A stretch of 64,000 nt of DNA from Eledone cirrhosa (Eukaryota): NCBI GenBank assembly GCA_964016885.1, contig OZ024741.1:117428001-117492000 (forward strand). The letters are read 5' to 3'. Of this stretch, positions 59,071-64,000 are shown one piece after another. The translations under genes and the position numbers were made by a program. Each line of letters starts with the position of its first letter. Within the stretch, counting starts at the first letter, position 1. The notes under the pieces are model-generated. The model was not told the DNA's origin and did not search any database. It was given only the letters and a program-made list of their open reading frames with translations.

Positions 59071-61849
59071 TCCTAATAATAGTAATAATAATAATAATAA
59101 TAATACGCTTTTAGATCCTTAGATAATTGCCAGTTAGTTCTCTGCTGCCCGGAGTTGGATGTTACAAGGTTTAGCCACCCATCCATCCATCTTATCTGAA
59201 AGGAACAGCAAGTGTAGCTTATATAGCTGTTGAGCTAAAAAAAAAATTATCTCAGTAACGATAATGTACAATGCTATGTAGCAGCAGCAAATAGAGATAA
59301 TCTCCCTCTCTAAACAGCAATCTGTCTTAATGTCAACTTAATTTCTATCACTTCCTCCACTTAAAGATATTTACGTTTCCTCTACCCTTTAGATTAGCCA
59401 TTCTGTTTGACGAAACACATTAAATAAACCGCGTAAAGATACCTTGTAATTCGTTATCTGAGAAAGAAAATCAAAAGAGTTGTTGGTAGAACATCGCATT
59501 ATCTTCCATGGCATTTTTACTCTCATTGATATACTACTGGGCATTTTTATACTTTTTTTTCAACCTTTTCATTGAAAAAATAGTCTATCTTCATTATCGT
59601 CTGATTGGAATGTTAACTTCGTCCAGTTTACGAAATACACATACTCACACGTGCACACGCGTGCGCGAATCAGTAGCGCTGTTGTAAAACGTAGGATAGA
59701 AAGTATTGTGGTATTCTCCGAGTTTCAAATCTTCATCTTATCGGATGAGTTGATTCTTCTTCTTCTTCTTCTTCTTCTTCTATATATATGTATATATATA
59801 TATATATGTGTTGGGGGGGGGGGGGGGGTAGTGTATGTATGTACTCAGTGATTTTCTTCTGAAGTTATTATTCTGAATTCTGACGTGAGAAATGGTTAGT
59901 TGTAACTGTATCTATCAATATTTTCTCAATCTATTTTCTTAATTCAATTAAATATTTTAATTCGGCACACAATTTCAGATATATATAGAAGAAAATCAAT
60001 ATTGTATGGCTTTCATATTGTAAGACACGAGAGACCGGCATTTTGAATAAGTGACGCAGCATGGCGAAGTGGTTAAGAAGCTCGCTTCGCAATCCTCAGG
60101 ACCCGAGTTCGTTTCAACTACGTGACATCTGTGCTTCCACACAATTTTCAATTTTCAACTACCCAATTTTGCTCTCAATGCTTGTGTTGGCCTGAAACTA
60201 TGGAAAAAGCATTTATTCAAAATGCTACTTAGTGGAATCGAACTTAGGACCTCATAATTGCAAAGCGAACTACTTAACGACTCAACGAAGCCTTTTGGGA
60301 AATAGAAAAATGGGCATTCTAACATATTCGGACTGAGAACCGAAACCGAATTACCGATTCCACTTTACGTAACTTTATCTCTGTGGCGCCCTAGTGCTGG
60401 TGAACATATATAAATAAATGCCTTTAAATGATTTTTTTGAAACAAAACAAAAATAAAAGCTCAATCCCAGTTCAAGATATATTGTTTATTTTAAATCATT
60501 GAAAGCCCTGTTTTAGCAGCAGGTGATGAGATTCAGAAGGGCTGTTGAGTTAGACATTTTAGTCGTCTGTATGTTATTTTAGATAGTGGATTGAGTTCGT
60601 TCTCTGTGGGATGAACTTTGAAGCCTTTAACAGAATCAATGAGGAGGAAGCGAACCAAGTATTTCGGTTCAGTGAGTGAGAAAAAAGCATGTAAACATTA
60701 ATGAATACACATGTAGTTCCGATAGGTCAATGTGACTATGCTGGGTGGCTGACTATTCTAATATACACAAGAGAGGTCATACGATTTAGACAGAGAGTGT
60801 TTAACAAATTAATGGGTTTTTATTTTTCCTTTTATTCTGGAAACTTGTAATAGAAAGTAATTCCTTCTTATTTATAATAATTACTTACAGACACATGCCG
60901 ATTTTTTTTTCATCTGGGGTGGGGTTAAAGTCGATTAAATCGACCGGAACTTTTCCATTTGACGAATAGTGTGCGATCTTTTTTGTAAATTTCTATACTG
61001 ATGAAGTTTTGTAAGCGGATTATGAAATTCACAATAATACTTTCTAATTAAGGTACAAGGCTAACAGTTTTTCGGGAGGGGAAAAGTCGATGATATCGAC
61101 CACAGTACGCGATTGATACTTTATTTTATCGATTCCAGAAGGAGAGATAAAGTTGACCTCAGTGAGATTTGAATTCAGAATGTAGAGGATAGTAATCAAA
61201 TGCTGCAAAGCGTTTTGTCCGACGCTCTAACGATTCTTCCTTTTTAAGAAAGTTATGATTTTTAAAAAAGCACAGCATTTTAAAGATATATATATTTTTT
61301 TTTATTTGAACCAATCAGATTTATCCATTCTCTACACCTCGGATTATTCAGGGGTACAGTTATTATTATTAAATTGTTATTAATCTATATATTAAAAACA
61401 ACTGGTTGTTATATCCGTCATCAACATATAAAGCTACATTTCGTTAGAAATTTACAAAAAAATCAGACACTATTCGTGAAACAGAAAAATTCAGTTGAAC
61501 TCTAATTGGAACATAAAATCGATGCAGACTAAACATAGTATTACTGTAGAATTAAATTAGTCTGGACTGATATCTCGAATATCCTTTGATATTTCATATT
61601 AATACAATAAATCAGTCTTCTCTCATCTAGTAACTCAGCTAATAGAATGATAGGGTACCTGCACTTTGGGGGCTTATTACACTTTTGGTTTACTGCATTG
61701 TGATTTTCGTAGGGCTGGGAACAACAAACTCAAGAACCACAAATTCTAGTTACGCCACTATTAATATATTTCTGTTAACAACGACTTTGCTGTTTTTCTA
61801 ATCGTTTAATGTATATATTGGACCTCTGTCGGTCCTGACGTGAAGTGTT

Positions 61850-62140
61850 GATGCGATCAATGGAACAACCTGCTAGAAAAATTAACGTGCAAGTGGCTGA
61901 GCATTCCAAAGATATGTGTACCCTTAACGTAGTTTTCAGATGGATTCAGCGTGAAACAGGGTGATTCAACGCGACACATGGTGTGAGAAAGCCCTTTGAA
62001 TTATAGCTACAATTCATTTTTGCCAGCTGAGTAGACTGGAGAAAGGTGAAATGAAGTGTCTTGCTCAAGAACACAGCATGCCACCAGAAACACACTTACG
62101 ACCTTCGATCGGCAACGAAACATTCTAATTAGTTGGCCAC
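61850..62140 (-). mobile_element. Second-family SINE
   Basis: GTGTCTTGCTCAAG core; ACCCTTAACGTAGTT and GTGGCTGAGCA 3' region. Confidence 0.75.
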
Positions 62141-62474
62141 ACATAGTTCCTTTTGTTTTTAATAAGATGGACACAAATTCATAAAAGCTAATGCGATTTT
62201 GTGAATATTATGTATTTTCTGGAAGCATAGGAAAAAAGAAAATGTATTGACTTCGAATGGGAATCGAAACTGGATCTACGAGTTTGTTTGTTTTTGTTTT
62301 TGTTTTGTTTTTTTATCACTAAGTCAGTAGGCGGCGATTTGCTAGAGTCATTAGAACGCCAGATAGAATATCTTCTGGTATGTGTTCCTGATTTGTCTTT
62401 CCTCCATTTTGGATCGATAAAATAAAGTATCAATCTATGACAATGGTTTGACAGACCACCAGGTGTGTGACAGC

Positions 62475-62925
62475 GTGTGGCTTAGTGGTTAGAGAGTTCG
62501 GTTCACGGCCGTAAAGTCATGAGTTCGATTTCCGGCGCGATGTTGTGTCCTTCAGCAAGATACTATTTCACCTTATTTCAGTCAACTGAGCTGACAAAAA
62601 GGAGTTGTAATTATAATTTACAGGGAAATGTCCAGCGTACGCACGAAATGCGCTTGCGTGTATCGGTGTGTCTATGTATGTGTATGGGTATGTGTGTGTG
62701 TGTACATATGTGTGTGTATGTGTGTGTATGTATGTCTGTATGTTTACATCTTTTAGCGACCGATACTGTTTGTTTATATCCCATAAATTAGCGATTCGAC
62801 AAATAAATATCAATAGAATATAAACCAGAATTTAAAATAAATACAAGCGGTGGTGTGATTTACTAATCATTTCCATCCGGTGCTCAAGCATGGCCGTAGA
62901 CCAATAACTGAAGCCTGTAAAAAAA
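62475..62925 (+). mobile_element. SINE with tRNA-like head, GT microsatellite and AGCATGGCC tail
   Basis: TGGCTTAGTGGTTAGAG A box, GAGTTCGATTTCC B box, GTGTCCTTCAGCAAGATAC core. Confidence 0.7.
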
Positions 62926-63574
62926 AATATAAGAAAAAAAAACTTCATTTTATGATACTTGATAGAAAGTGAGAATGCCGTCTTTCACTGTTGTCTCCTC
63001 AGTAAGGAGGATATATTTTTATCAAAACGTATTTGCAATTTTTGATAAATAACTATATTGTTTCGCACAAGTTTTATAATTTCTTCTATACCCTCCTTTC
63101 GCTCTATCTCTCGGAAAAAATACTTGTTTGTTGATGCAAGGGAAACAACTCTAATATTTTTATAGTAATTAGGATTACCTCCCTTGATAAGAAATTGTTA
63201 TTCAGCTTTCCATTTTTTTATTTTTAGTTTTATTTATTTTTTTAATGTGGCTTCGTCAAAGAGGAAGATCGACATCTTTAACTATGGCAAGCGAGAAGTT
63301 ACACTTAGTGAGGGAGACCTGGCTCAAATGTTGTTTGCGGCGTACTATGCTAAAAGCAGCCCAAGGCTAGGTTGGGGTGTTAAACCAAGCAAAGGATTAT
63401 ATATAGCAATGGAATGGATTTAAATGAACTTCGAGATTCTTTTTTATTCATTTATCGATCTATTTAATCTATCTATTTTGTAATGTCTGAAACGACGCTC
63501 TCGCTATTTGTGTTAGTTCCTTCACAAAAACCTCTTAAATCACCGAACATGCTTTTCATGATTAGAAATATACA

Positions 63575-63653
<79 letters not shown>

Positions 63654-64000
63654 TCTCTCTCTCTCCAGGGGAAATAAATCCAAGAATCCGTCTCAAAAGG
63701 GAGATCACTCATATGAGTAATCCCCCTTTTGAGACTTACACTATTTCATTGTAATATGTATATAATATTTTAATTTGTATATCACATTTTCAACAACACA
63801 GCACGCCATTTTTCATTCCTAATATATATATGTATGTATGTAAAAGGTAAACAGAAATAACAACACAGTCGGTACAGTATATGGAAGGGATATATTAGGT
63901 TAACGCTTGATATATACAACTCCTTTGAAATATGTGTAAGGAAATATATATGTTTTTAAATGATAGAAGTTGATTTTTCCATCGATATATTTGTTTAAGT

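Noticed and set aside
62475-62545. tRNA gene
   Set aside because: A/B boxes continue into a SINE body; no acceptor stem.
63184-63423. 79-aa non-repetitive ORF
   Set aside because: Non-ATG start, no recognisable motif, no clear splice sites.

Overview
Eukaryotic, AT-rich, repeat-dominated DNA. The SINE families and extreme (TA)n/(CA)n/(GA)n load look like an octopus/coleoid cephalopod genome (inference). There is one 200-N assembly gap (51749-51948). Nearly all listed ORFs are translated microsatellites. The only real protein homology is a 5'-truncated Penelope-like (PLE) GIY-YIG endonuclease fragment (26535-26932) and C2H2 zinc-finger tails of RTE-like LINE derivatives. One short candidate first coding exon of an unidentified host gene lies at 38714-38776. 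Other contents: about 30 tRNA-derived SINE copies, two copies of a ~930-bp non-autonomous Helitron, and several mini/satellites. The main signal is a set of short retro-inserts sitting inside (TA)n tracts. Many carry minimal type I hammerhead ribozymes (HHRs), fold-back inverted repeats or twin-priming-like inversions. One four-copy family carries an apparently re-wired HHR: all three core strands are present in non-cyclic (pseudoknotted) order, with a consensus kink-turn in the helix III extension. All structures were paired by eye; none was computed or tested.
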